Assembly (NCBI GenBank): GCA_016177705.1 | Contig: JACOUT010000005.1 | Coordinates: 1 to 30,373, forward strand | Source of the DNA: Deltaproteobacteria bacterium | GTDB lineage: Bacteria; Myxococcota; UBA727; VGSZ01 | DNA length: 30,373 nt | Reading direction: 5' to 3' | In this document: positions 1-6,671 of the stretch, piece after piece | How the letters are laid out: every line of letters begins with the position of its first letter | Numbering within the stretch: the stretch's first letter is position 1 | The notes under the pieces: model-generated | Told to the model about the DNA's origin: nothing | Database searches by the model: none | The model's input: only the letters and a program-made list of their open reading frames with translations | Program-made: the position numbers and the translations under genes

Positions 1-885
1 AGGGTCGGCGGCGCCGTCGCCGCCGGGACAGCCGCCCCGGCGGGAGCCGTCGACGACGCCGGCCGCGAGGCCCGCGCCGCCGCCCGCGCCGCCCGTGTCC
101 GGCGCGATGCCGCCTACCCCGCCGTCGAGGCCGTGGGCTCCTCCCCCTCCTCCGCCCGACTCGATCTGGCCGCCGCCGTCGGCACCTTCGAGGCCCACGC
201 CGCCGGCGCCGGCGCCGCACTCACCGGCGCTGCGCGCGCCGGCGCCGGCGCGCGCGCGTCGCGCGCTCGCGTCGAGCATGCCGTCGAGACGCGCGTCGCC
301 GAAGACCGCGATCACCACGGCCGCGCTACCGGTGAACTGCAGCGTCGCGCCTGCAGCGATGTCGAGCGAGTCGAGCGCCAGCACGAGCGCGCCGTCGGGG
401 CCGCGCTGCAGCGCGGATGCGCTGATGCCCACGAGGCAGCCGTCGAGCGTGGGCGCGTCGGTGTCGATGCCGGTGCTGCACACGACCGAGAGCGCGCCGC
501 CGGGAGCGAGCGCGTCGGGATCGAGGCCGAGCGGAGTGAACGGGAAGGTGGCGGGATCGCCCTCGCCCTCGCCCTCACCTTCTCCTTCTCCTTCTCCCTC
601 TCCTTCTCCTTCTCCTTCTCCTTCTCCTTCGCCTTCTCCTTCGCCTTCTCCTTCGCCTTCTCCTTCGCCTTCTCCTTCTCCTTCTCCTTCGCCCTCTCCC
701 TCTCCCTCGCCTTCGCCTTCGCTCGGGGATGCTTCGGCGGCGCAGACGCCCGCGTAGCAGTTGGCGCCCGGTGGGCACTCGTCGTCGGCGGTGCACGCCA
801 ACGCGGCCATGCCGACCAAGCGGCAGGCCGTGACCACGACCAGCAGCGTCACCACCAGCGCCGTCAGGCGCACACGCGAGCCCAC
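1..885 (-). CDS. Secreted lipoprotein, 3'-truncated by the window edge. It has a signal peptide with lipobox, a short Cys motif, an ~28x Glu-Gly acidic linker, then a Gly-rich and beta-strand-rich region.
   Basis: Hand translation of the minus strand in the frame antisense to the listed +133..1008 ORF gives MGSRVRLTALVVTLLVVVTAC-RLVGMAALAC-TADDECPPGANCYAGVCAAEASPS-(EG)n-DPATFPFTPLGLDPDALAPGGALSVVCSTGIDTDAPTLDGCLVG...GGGGGAHGLDGGVGG... The frame is open all the way to position 1, which is why no terminated minus ORF in this frame appears in the track. An in-frame TAG lies just upstream at 895-897. The start is GTG at 885, with an alternative GTG at 873 giving MRLTALVV.... It has a positively charged n-region, a hydrophobic core and a VTAC lipobox. 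Confidence 0.6.
   Translation of the reverse strand, partial: MGSRVRLTALVVTLLVVVTACRLVGMAALACTADDECPPGANCYAGVCAAEASPSEGEGEGEGEGEGEGEGEGEGEGEGEGEGEGEGEGEGEGEGEGEGEGEGEGEGEGDPATFPFTPLGLDPDALAPGGALSVVCSTGIDTDAPTLDGCLVGISASALQRGPDGALVLALDSLDIAAGATLQFTGSAAVVIAVFGDARLDGMLDASARRARAGAGARSAGECGAGAGGVGLEGADGGGQIESGGGGGGAHGLDGGVGGIAPDTGGAGGGAGLAAGVVDGSRRGGCPGGDGAADP
559..722. repeat. Imperfect hexanucleotide tandem repeat (CCTTCT / CCCTCG units on the plus strand, GAGGGC / GAAGGA on the minus strand). It codes the (Glu-Gly)n linker of the 1..885 lipoprotein.
   Basis: Directly visible run ccctcgccctcgccctcaccttctccttctccttctccctctccttctcc.... All three plus-strand frames and the other two minus frames give low-complexity SP, FS and poly-R ORFs in the track, which is typical of a coding microsatellite read in wrong frames. 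Confidence 0.9.
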
Positions 886-1114
886 TCGTTCAGGCTAGCA
901 GGTGCGCACGCCGCACACCGCGCTCCACAGGCCTTGCTCGATGGCGCGTCGACGTCCGAAGACCGCCAAGGCACAGCGCCGCCGCCGCCAGCCGTGTCAG
1001 GAAGTTGAGGCGAGCGGGGTCGCCATGCAGCGCCCGCGGCCGGTGCGGACGCGGCGCGGGCAGTCGGGCGTCGGTGGCACGCGCGGTGCTTCGCTGCGCC
1101 GCGGAGGTCGCACC

Positions 1115-2560
1115 ATGCCACGCACGCTCCTGCTGCTCGTCGTAGCCGCCGCCACCTGCATCGTCGCCGCGTGCAGCGTCGCGGGCCTCACCCCCATACC
1201 CCAGGCCGGGGCCACGCCCGGAGGCGTGCAAGACATGAGGCTCGCGCGCGACCTGATCGCGCACGGCCAGGTGCCGCCGCCGGAGGCGTTCGTCGTCGAG
1301 GGGATGTTCTCCGAGCACGACCTGCCGTTGGCAGGGGCGACGTGCGCGCAGGCCCTGTGCTTGCGGGCAGCGGGCGGCGTCGCGCCAAAGCACGACGGCG
1401 CGGCGCGCGGCTTCGTGCAGATCGGCATGTCGTCCGCCATCGACGCCGGCGCGTGGCAGCCGCCGCCGATGACGCTGGTGCTGACGGTCGACGTCTCGTC
1501 GTCGATGGGCTTCGAACAGGCCGACACCACGCCCGGCGAGATGAGCAGGGTGCTGCTCCGCCGAATCGCCGATCGCCTGCGCGATCAAGACCGCGTCGCC
1601 ATCGTCACCTATGGCACCACCACCACCACGGTGTTGCCCCTCACCAGCGCCACCGAGCGCGCGCGCATCTTGTCGACCATCGACGCGCTCACCACCGACG
1701 GCTCGACCAACATGGAGGCCGGCCTGCGCCTTGCCTATCAGACAGCGCCCAACGACGACGACGGCGACGGGGACGTGCGAGTGCTGCTGTTCACCGACAC
1801 GCAACCAAACGTCGGCGCAACGCAGCCAAGCGACTTCGAGGACATCGTGGCAGCCGGGGCCGCGCGCGGCGTGGGGCTGACCGTGTTCGGCATGGGCGTA
1901 GGCGTCGGCCAGGAGGTGTTCGCGGCCATGGCCAACTTCCGCGGCGGCAACGCGTTCGGCGTCATCGAGCCCGAGGACGTACCGCGCGTGCTCGACGACT
2001 CCTGGCCGTTCTTGCTGTCGCCCATCGCCAACGAGCTCGAGCTGGCGCTCACGCCGGACGGAGCGGCGACGGTCAGCGGCGCCTACGGCTTCCCCGGCAG
2101 CAGCGACGACGGCAGCGCCGGCCTGCGCGTGGAGAGCGTCTTCCTGTCAAAGCGACGCGGCGCGCTGCTGGTCGAGCTGCAGGGGCTCGCGCCCGGCTTC
2201 TCGGCCGCCGGCACGCTCCGCTACACGGTCCCGGGGGAGCCCGCGGAGGTGGAGCAGGGCATCCACGTCGAGCACGACGGCACCGTCGACGAGCGCGGAC
2301 ACGCGTACCAGCAGCCGTCGGTGGCCAAGACCGTGGCGCTGGCGCTCCTGGTCACCGGCATGCGCGAGGCCGCGCAGCGCTACCAGGACGGCGAGGCCGA
2401 CGCTGCCATCGCCGGCATGGAGGTGGTCGCTGCGCGCGTCGCGGAGGACGCCGGCGCCATCGACGACCCGGCGCTGGCGCCCGAGGTGGCGCTCGCTGAG
2501 GCGATGCTCGAGCTGCTGCGCGCCGGCGCGCCGCAGGGCAGCCTCTACGGCGGCTACTGA
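1115..2560 (+). CDS. Von Willebrand factor type A (VWA) domain lipoprotein with an intact MIDAS motif.
   Basis: This is an internal ATG of the listed 902..2560 ORF, preceded by GGAGG 7 nt upstream. The N-terminus MPRTLLLLVVAAATCIVAAC is a signal peptide with an IVAAC lipobox. The MIDAS motif D-x-S-x-S is present in TLVLTVDVSSSMG. Downstream TDG-like motifs occur in TTDGSTNMEAGL and VLLFTDTQPN. The upstream 71 codons of the ORF are Arg/Pro-rich and non-coding in character. Confidence 0.8.
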   Translation: MPRTLLLLVVAAATCIVAACSVAGLTPIPQAGATPGGVQDMRLARDLIAHGQVPPPEAFVVEGMFSEHDLPLAGATCAQALCLRAAGGVAPKHDGAARGFVQIGMSSAIDAGAWQPPPMTLVLTVDVSSSMGFEQADTTPGEMSRVLLRRIADRLRDQDRVAIVTYGTTTTTVLPLTSATERARILSTIDALTTDGSTNMEAGLRLAYQTAPNDDDGDGDVRVLLFTDTQPNVGATQPSDFEDIVAAGAARGVGLTVFGMGVGVGQEVFAAMANFRGGNAFGVIEPEDVPRVLDDSWPFLLSPIANELELALTPDGAATVSGAYGFPGSSDDGSAGLRVESVFLSKRRGALLVELQGLAPGFSAAGTLRYTVPGEPAEVEQGIHVEHDGTVDERGHAYQQPSVAKTVALALLVTGMREAAQRYQDGEADAAIAGMEVVAARVAEDAGAIDDPALAPEVALAEAMLELLRAGAPQGSLYGGY

Positions 2561-2578
2561 TCACGCAGGCGTCCCCGC

Positions 2579-3988
2579 TCACCCGCTGAGCGGCACGCAG
2601 GTGCCGTCTGCGCACACCAGCGGGGCGCAGCAGTCGAGCGACGACGCGCACGCGCCGCATGCGCCGTCGACGCAGGCCTGGTTGCCGCAGTCCTCGCAGC
2701 TCCCGCAGCCGGGGGCCGGCGGCTCACCGTCGTCGCCGCCCGGGTCGCTGCCCGGATCATCGCCGCCGCCGCCGCTCGGATCGCCCGCGGGCTCGCCGTC
2801 GTCGACCGGCATGCCGGTCTCGTCGCAGGAGCCGGCGCCATCTTGCACGCTCTCGTCCCAACCGACGTGAACCACGCCGGCCTCGACCAGCTCGCGCACC
2901 AAGAGCGCGCCTTCGACGTCGAGGGGGCCGGCGGCGATCAGGCGCGCGTTCGGCGCCCACAGGTTGCCTTGAAAGTCGAGATCGCCCGCGAGCAGGATGT
3001 CCTCGGCGCCCGCGACGTAGGTGCGCACCTTGGCGGGCGGCCCGCCCTCCACGCCCATCTCGAAGTCACCGGATACGAGCAGGCTGCCGCCGACGAACAC
3101 GTCCAGCTCACCACCGCCCTGCACGTCGATCTCGAAGACGCTGACGCTCTCGAGGTCGCCGCCGACATAGAGCGCGGTCGGCCCGGTCACCGTCAGCCAC
3201 AGGGGCGCGACCGCGCTGATGCGGTCGACGTAGTAGCGACCGGGAGGCAGCGTCAGCTCCTTCGGCTGCAAGAGGCCGATGAGCGCGTCGCGCGTCAGGC
3301 CGATGGCGTCGTTGTCGTTGTGCTGCTCCGCGTCGGCGATGAAGCCGTTGACGTCGAGCCGATCGCCGGGATCGCACGGGCAGGGCAGGTCCACCGTGAC
3401 CGGCGTGTTGACCACGGTCGCCGCGGTGGTGCCGAGGCCCACCGACGACGAGGCGGGGATGTGCAACGTGCCGACCACGTCGGTGACGAAGCCGCGCAGG
3501 TCGCCGCCGACCCAGGCATCGGCGCCGACGTCGATGTCACCCGCCGAGGTGACGTCGCCCTGGGTGTACAGCTCACCGCCGATCTCGTGATTGCCGATGG
3601 GCAAGGCGCTGCCGCCCACCGCGAGCGAGCCGGCGATGGCACTGTCGCCCGTCGACGTGAAGCTGCCGTTGGTGCCGGCGCTGCCGCCCTCTACCGGCTG
3701 CGAGGGATCGACGCGGAAGGCGTCGACGCGCAGCACCGTCGAGAACGCCAGGTCCTCGCAGGTGCACAGCCCGAAGCGGAAGGTGGTGGCGGCGAGGTCG
3801 GCGCCGCACACGGCGGCGTTCGGCGTCACGCCGACCACGCCGGGCGGGGCGGCGCCGAGGTCGTCGGGCACGTCGCGCGTCGGCGGCGGCACCGCGCCCG
3901 GCGGCGTGCACGCGGCCGCGAACGCGTAGGCCGCGAGCAACGTGGCGTGTGCGGTTCCTGCGATAGGGATGGTGCGGGTGCGCGGCAT
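2579..3988 (-). CDS. Secreted lipoprotein with beta-helix-type G-D-x-x-V/G-G-x-L repeats (bactofilin/DUF4097-like appearance) and a C-terminal cysteine-rich knot.
   Basis: This is an internal ATG of the listed 2579..4021 ORF with the SD-like GAAGAGG upstream. MPRTRTIPIAGTAHATLLAAYAFAAAC is a signal peptide with lipobox. The body contains repeats such as ALYVGGDLESVSVFEIDVQGGGELDVFVGGSLLVSGDFEMGVEGG. The C-terminus is CGSCEDCGNQACVDGACGACASSLDCCAPLVCADGTCVPLSG, with 11 Cys in 40 aa. Its stop is only 18 bp from the VWA gene stop, a convergent arrangement. Confidence 0.75.
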   Translation of the reverse strand: MPRTRTIPIAGTAHATLLAAYAFAAACTPPGAVPPPTRDVPDDLGAAPPGVVGVTPNAAVCGADLAATTFRFGLCTCEDLAFSTVLRVDAFRVDPSQPVEGGSAGTNGSFTSTGDSAIAGSLAVGGSALPIGNHEIGGELYTQGDVTSAGDIDVGADAWVGGDLRGFVTDVVGTLHIPASSSVGLGTTAATVVNTPVTVDLPCPCDPGDRLDVNGFIADAEQHNDNDAIGLTRDALIGLLQPKELTLPPGRYYVDRISAVAPLWLTVTGPTALYVGGDLESVSVFEIDVQGGGELDVFVGGSLLVSGDFEMGVEGGPPAKVRTYVAGAEDILLAGDLDFQGNLWAPNARLIAAGPLDVEGALLVRELVEAGVVHVGWDESVQDGAGSCDETGMPVDDGEPAGDPSGGGGDDPGSDPGGDDGEPPAPGCGSCEDCGNQACVDGACGACASSLDCCAPLVCADGTCVPLSG

Positions 3989-4099
3989 GGTGACCTCTTC
4001 GTCCTCGAGCGCGCACTCCACAGCACTGCGCGTCGCCTGGCGATCGGGCGCTCGTCCCTCGCGTCGCGATCGGACGCGACACGCGCACGCGACGTCGGC

Positions 4100-4816
4100 T
4101 CAACGTCCGATGGGCTCGTCGGCGAAGGCGAAGACGGCGGCCTGCCGCCGCCCCGTCACGCGCCGCCCGGGCGCGGGGCGCACCACCCCGTCGTCGAGCA
4201 AGTGGCGGAAACGGCGCCGGAAATTGCCGGGGTCCGCGGCGCGGCCGCGCACGGCGTCGACCGCGGCGCGCAGCTCGGCGACGCTGAAGGCGGCCGGGAC
4301 CAGCGCGCGCGCCAGCGGGGTCACGTCGACGTCGCGGCGCAGGCGGTCGAGCGCGCAGCGCGCGATCTCGGCGTGATCGAAGGCGAGCGGCACCTCGCGC
4401 AGCTCTGCGACGCGATACCAGGCGACCGCGGCTGCATCGGAGCCGGCGCGCACGAACGCCGCCAGCTCGGGCGGCACCACCGCGAGATAGGCGACCGCGA
4501 TGACGCGCGCGCGCGGGTCTCGATCGGGTGCGCCGAACACGCCCACCTGCACGAGCGGCAACGCGCCCGTCCCCTGTTGCGGCAGCGGCAGGCGGGTCTC
4601 GTCCAAAAGCTCGCGGCGTGCCGCCTGCTCGAGGTCCTCGCCCTGATCGCGCGCGACGTCGCCGCAGCGCACGAAGCCGCCGGGCAACGCGAGCGCGCGC
4701 GGTGGCAGGCCGCGCTGGATCAACAGCACCTTGAGATCGGCGTCGAGCACGGTGAAGGCGGCGACGTCGACGGCCACCAACGGGCGCGGGTACTTGTCGT
4801 CGTTCGTCTCGGCCAC
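4100..4816 (-). CDS. NrtR-like regulator: an N-terminal Nudix-fold domain with a degenerate Nudix box plus a C-terminal winged-helix domain.
   Basis: PGGFVRCGDVARDQGEDLEQAARRELLDETRL resembles the Nudix signature G-x5-E-x7-R-E-U-x-E-E-x-G-U but lacks the Gly and one Glu. The C-terminus FSVAELRAAVDAVRGRAADPGNFRRRFRHLLDDGVV matches the NrtR-type winged-helix motif (...F..L...Y......D..NFRR...). Confidence 0.7.
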   Translation of the reverse strand: MAETNDDKYPRPLVAVDVAAFTVLDADLKVLLIQRGLPPRALALPGGFVRCGDVARDQGEDLEQAARRELLDETRLPLPQQGTGALPLVQVGVFGAPDRDPRARVIAVAYLAVVPPELAAFVRAGSDAAAVAWYRVAELREVPLAFDHAEIARCALDRLRRDVDVTPLARALVPAAFSVAELRAAVDAVRGRAADPGNFRRRFRHLLDDGVVRPAPGRRVTGRRQAAVFAFADEPIGR

Positions 4817-4825
4817 CGGCGCGCT

Positions 4826-5266
4826 CTACGTCGGCGCCGCGGGCGCGGGAAGGGACGCCCGTGCGCGCAGCAACAGCAGCGGCGCCAGCAGCGCGGGCAG
4901 CGCCAACAGATCGGTCGGGTCGACCACGACGTGCGCGGGCGCGAGCGCCGCCCCGCCGTGCAGGAGCGCGCGCACCGGCCACTGCAACAGGCCGAGCGCG
5001 TACCCCCAGGCGAGCGCGGCGGCCGGCAGCGTCTTGGTGGCGGCGAACACGAGCCCGGTGGCGACGACGAACGCGACCGCGCCGCGCCTCCCGATCAGCG
5101 CGCGCGTCACCAGCTCCCAGCCGGCGGCGAGCAGCACCGGGAAGAAGGCGAGCCCGGCCAGGTCCGACAGCTTGCCGGTGACGACGCCGGGCCAAGCAGC
5201 CTTGAGCACGTGGTCGTTGAGGGTGAGCAGCGCGATGGCCAACACCACCCAGCCGGTCAGCACCAC
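4826..5266 (-). CDS. Small polytopic membrane protein, possibly DUF2809-family (motif TGKLSDLAGL). The start is uncertain.
   Basis: This is the C-terminal 146 codons of the listed 4826..5725 ORF: VVLTGWVVLAIALLTLNDHVLKAAWPGVVTGKLSDLAGLAFFPVLLAAGWELV... with 3-4 hydrophobic helices. The upstream part of the ORF is Ser/Arg/Pro-rich junk overlapping the divergent GNAT gene. A GTG start near 5266 is inferred. An ATG at 5356 would overlap the GNAT start. Its stop is 10 bp upstream of the Nudix gene start, so the two are probably co-transcribed. Confidence 0.5.
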   Translation of the reverse strand: MVLTGWVVLAIALLTLNDHVLKAAWPGVVTGKLSDLAGLAFFPVLLAAGWELVTRALIGRRGAVAFVVATGLVFAATKTLPAAALAWGYALGLLQWPVRALLHGGAALAPAHVVVDPTDLLALPALLAPLLLLRARASLPAPAAPT

Positions 5267-5333
5267 GTCGCCGGGGCGGGGCGGTCTGGTCGGGTTCCTG
5301 CGCGCCGGCACCGGCCGATGGTAGCGTTCGGGC

Positions 5334-6257
5334 GTGAACAAGCGGCAGTGGACCATTCGGGCCTTCGAGCCCGCGCAGGATCGCCCCGGCGTGCAAAAGC
5401 TGTGGGCCGGCGTGTGCTCCTTCGACGGCAGCGTGCCCACCCGCACCACCGCGGAGATCGACGCGCGCCTCAAGCACCCGGCGCACGAGGGCGGCGCGCA
5501 CTGGCGCGTGGTCATTGCGGGCAACGGCGCCATCGTCGGCGCGCTCGAGGTCGGCTTCATCGGCACCGTGCGCACCGAGGTGCTGTGCGCGGTCAACGCC
5601 GCGTGGCGTCGGCAGGGCATCGGGCGCGCGCTGCTCCAGGCGGCGCCGCGTGAGCGCCGCCTGCTCGTGACCTCGCGCGCGAGCGTGACCGGTGCAGCCG
5701 AGCTGCTGACGTCGGAGGGCTTCACCGAGCGCTATCGCGAGGCGCGCATGCGCCGGAAGTCGAAGGGCCTCGACCCACTCGAGATCCCGGACGGCGCCGT
5801 GGTCGCCGTCGACACCGAGCGCGACGTCGAGCGCTGCCTCGCCTCGCTGCTCGAGGTGTTCGGCGACGACGCCGAGCAGGACGCCGGCCTGGTCACCGCG
5901 TGGCTGCGGCGCCCGGATTGCCGCGTGCTCTACCTCAAGGTGGGCAGCAGGGACGTCGGCATCTGCATCATCGCCGGCAGCGAGCACGCCAAGCGCAGCG
6001 AGCGCAAGCCGGACGGCGCAAGCACCATTGGCGTCGTCGAGCAGGTCGGCCTCACCAAGCAGGTGCGCGGCAAGGGCATGTCGCGACCGCTGGTGCGCGC
6101 CGGCCTGGTGGAGCTGGCCAAGATGGGCTTCGCCGACCTCGAGGTGCTGGCCGATCGACGTCGCGCCAGCGCCGCCGAGCTGTACGAGGCCGAGGGGTTC
6201 GCCGTCGTCGACGACGAGGTCCACTGGATCAAGCGCGAGCCGTGGGCCAAGGAGTGA
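5334..6257 (+). CDS. Tandem-GNAT N-acetyltransferase with an MshD-like two-domain architecture.
   Basis: There are two acetyl-CoA-binding motifs: RRQGIGRALLQAA in the first half and VRGKGMSRPLVRAGLVELAKMGF in the second half. The length of ~307 aa fits two GNAT folds. The start is GTG. Confidence 0.8.
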   Translation: MNKRQWTIRAFEPAQDRPGVQKLWAGVCSFDGSVPTRTTAEIDARLKHPAHEGGAHWRVVIAGNGAIVGALEVGFIGTVRTEVLCAVNAAWRRQGIGRALLQAAPRERRLLVTSRASVTGAAELLTSEGFTERYREARMRRKSKGLDPLEIPDGAVVAVDTERDVERCLASLLEVFGDDAEQDAGLVTAWLRRPDCRVLYLKVGSRDVGICIIAGSEHAKRSERKPDGASTIGVVEQVGLTKQVRGKGMSRPLVRAGLVELAKMGFADLEVLADRRRASAAELYEAEGFAVVDDEVHWIKREPWAKE

Positions 6258-6261
6258 AATC

Positions 6262-6630
6262 ATGACCAGCCGACGAGCGGCACCGGCAAGTTCTCTGCTG
6301 GCGACGGCCGCGCTGGCGACGCTCGGCGCGCTGGCGCTCGCGTGCCCGGTCGGCGAGGTGCGCGTGCCGGGCGGCCAGGACATGGGCGAGGAGTGCTTCG
6401 ACGACGAGGAGTGCGACGATCCGGGCACCTGCCTGAACGGCGTGTGCTCGGGCTATCCGTGCGACGAGGGCGGTGGCTGCAAGAACGACCTGGTGTGCGA
6501 GCCGGTAAGCGACCAGGCGAGCTGTGTCATGCCCTGCTCGGACACCGACGACTGCCTGGCGCGCCAGGAGTGCGTCGAGGTGCCGCGCTCGTCGGGAAAT
6601 CCGGACGACACCATTACGGTCTGCTTGTAG
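6262..6630 (+). CDS. Small cysteine-rich lipoprotein of 122 aa with 12 Cys in the mature part. Resembles the Myxococcus cysteine-rich repeat (EECDDG core).
   Basis: The ATG at 6262 lies 4 nt after the GNAT stop, with a strong SD AAGGAGTG 6 nt upstream. MTSRRAAPASSLLATAALATLGALALAC is a signal peptide with lipobox. It is followed by CFDDEECDDPGTCLNGVCSGYPCDEGGGCKNDLVCEPVSDQASCVMPCSDTDDCLARQECVEV. This is the in-frame tail of the listed 6028..6630 ORF. Confidence 0.7.
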   Translation: MTSRRAAPASSLLATAALATLGALALACPVGEVRVPGGQDMGEECFDDEECDDPGTCLNGVCSGYPCDEGGGCKNDLVCEPVSDQASCVMPCSDTDDCLARQECVEVPRSSGNPDDTITVCL

Positions 6631-6671
6631 CGCGGTGCCTGGACCGCGGCGCCTGGAGCGGGCCTGCGCGC

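Noticed and set aside
559-722. Possibility that the tandem hexamer tracts (also at 27652..27753 and 27329..27358) are CRISPR arrays.
   Set aside because: The units are 6 bp with no spacers, and two of the three are in-frame coding sequence. There are no cas genes. They are microsatellites, not CRISPR.
95-1008. The plus-strand ORFs over the hexamer repeat (poly-Ser-Pro at 95..757, poly-Phe-Ser at 133..1008) and the minus-strand poly-Arg ORF 575..796.
   Set aside because: They are wrong-frame or antisense readings of the (EG)n coding microsatellite. The biologically sensible frame gives a signal peptide with lipobox followed by (EG)n on the minus strand.
3989-4099. Hairpin GTCGCG-TCCGAT-CGCGAC after the Nudix gene as an intrinsic terminator.
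   Set aside because: The stem is only 6 bp and there is no U-tract. It is indistinguishable from chance GC-rich palindromes. It was not called as a feature.
2843-6428. Two giant overlapping ORFs (2843..5653 +, 936 aa; 3573..6428 -, 951 aa) spanning several real genes.
   Set aside because: Their translations are dominated by Arg, Gly, Ala and Pro runs with no motifs. They cross the boundaries of well-supported genes (beta-helix lipoprotein, Nudix, GNAT) in wrong frames or on the antisense strand. Such stop-free shadows are expected at this GC content.
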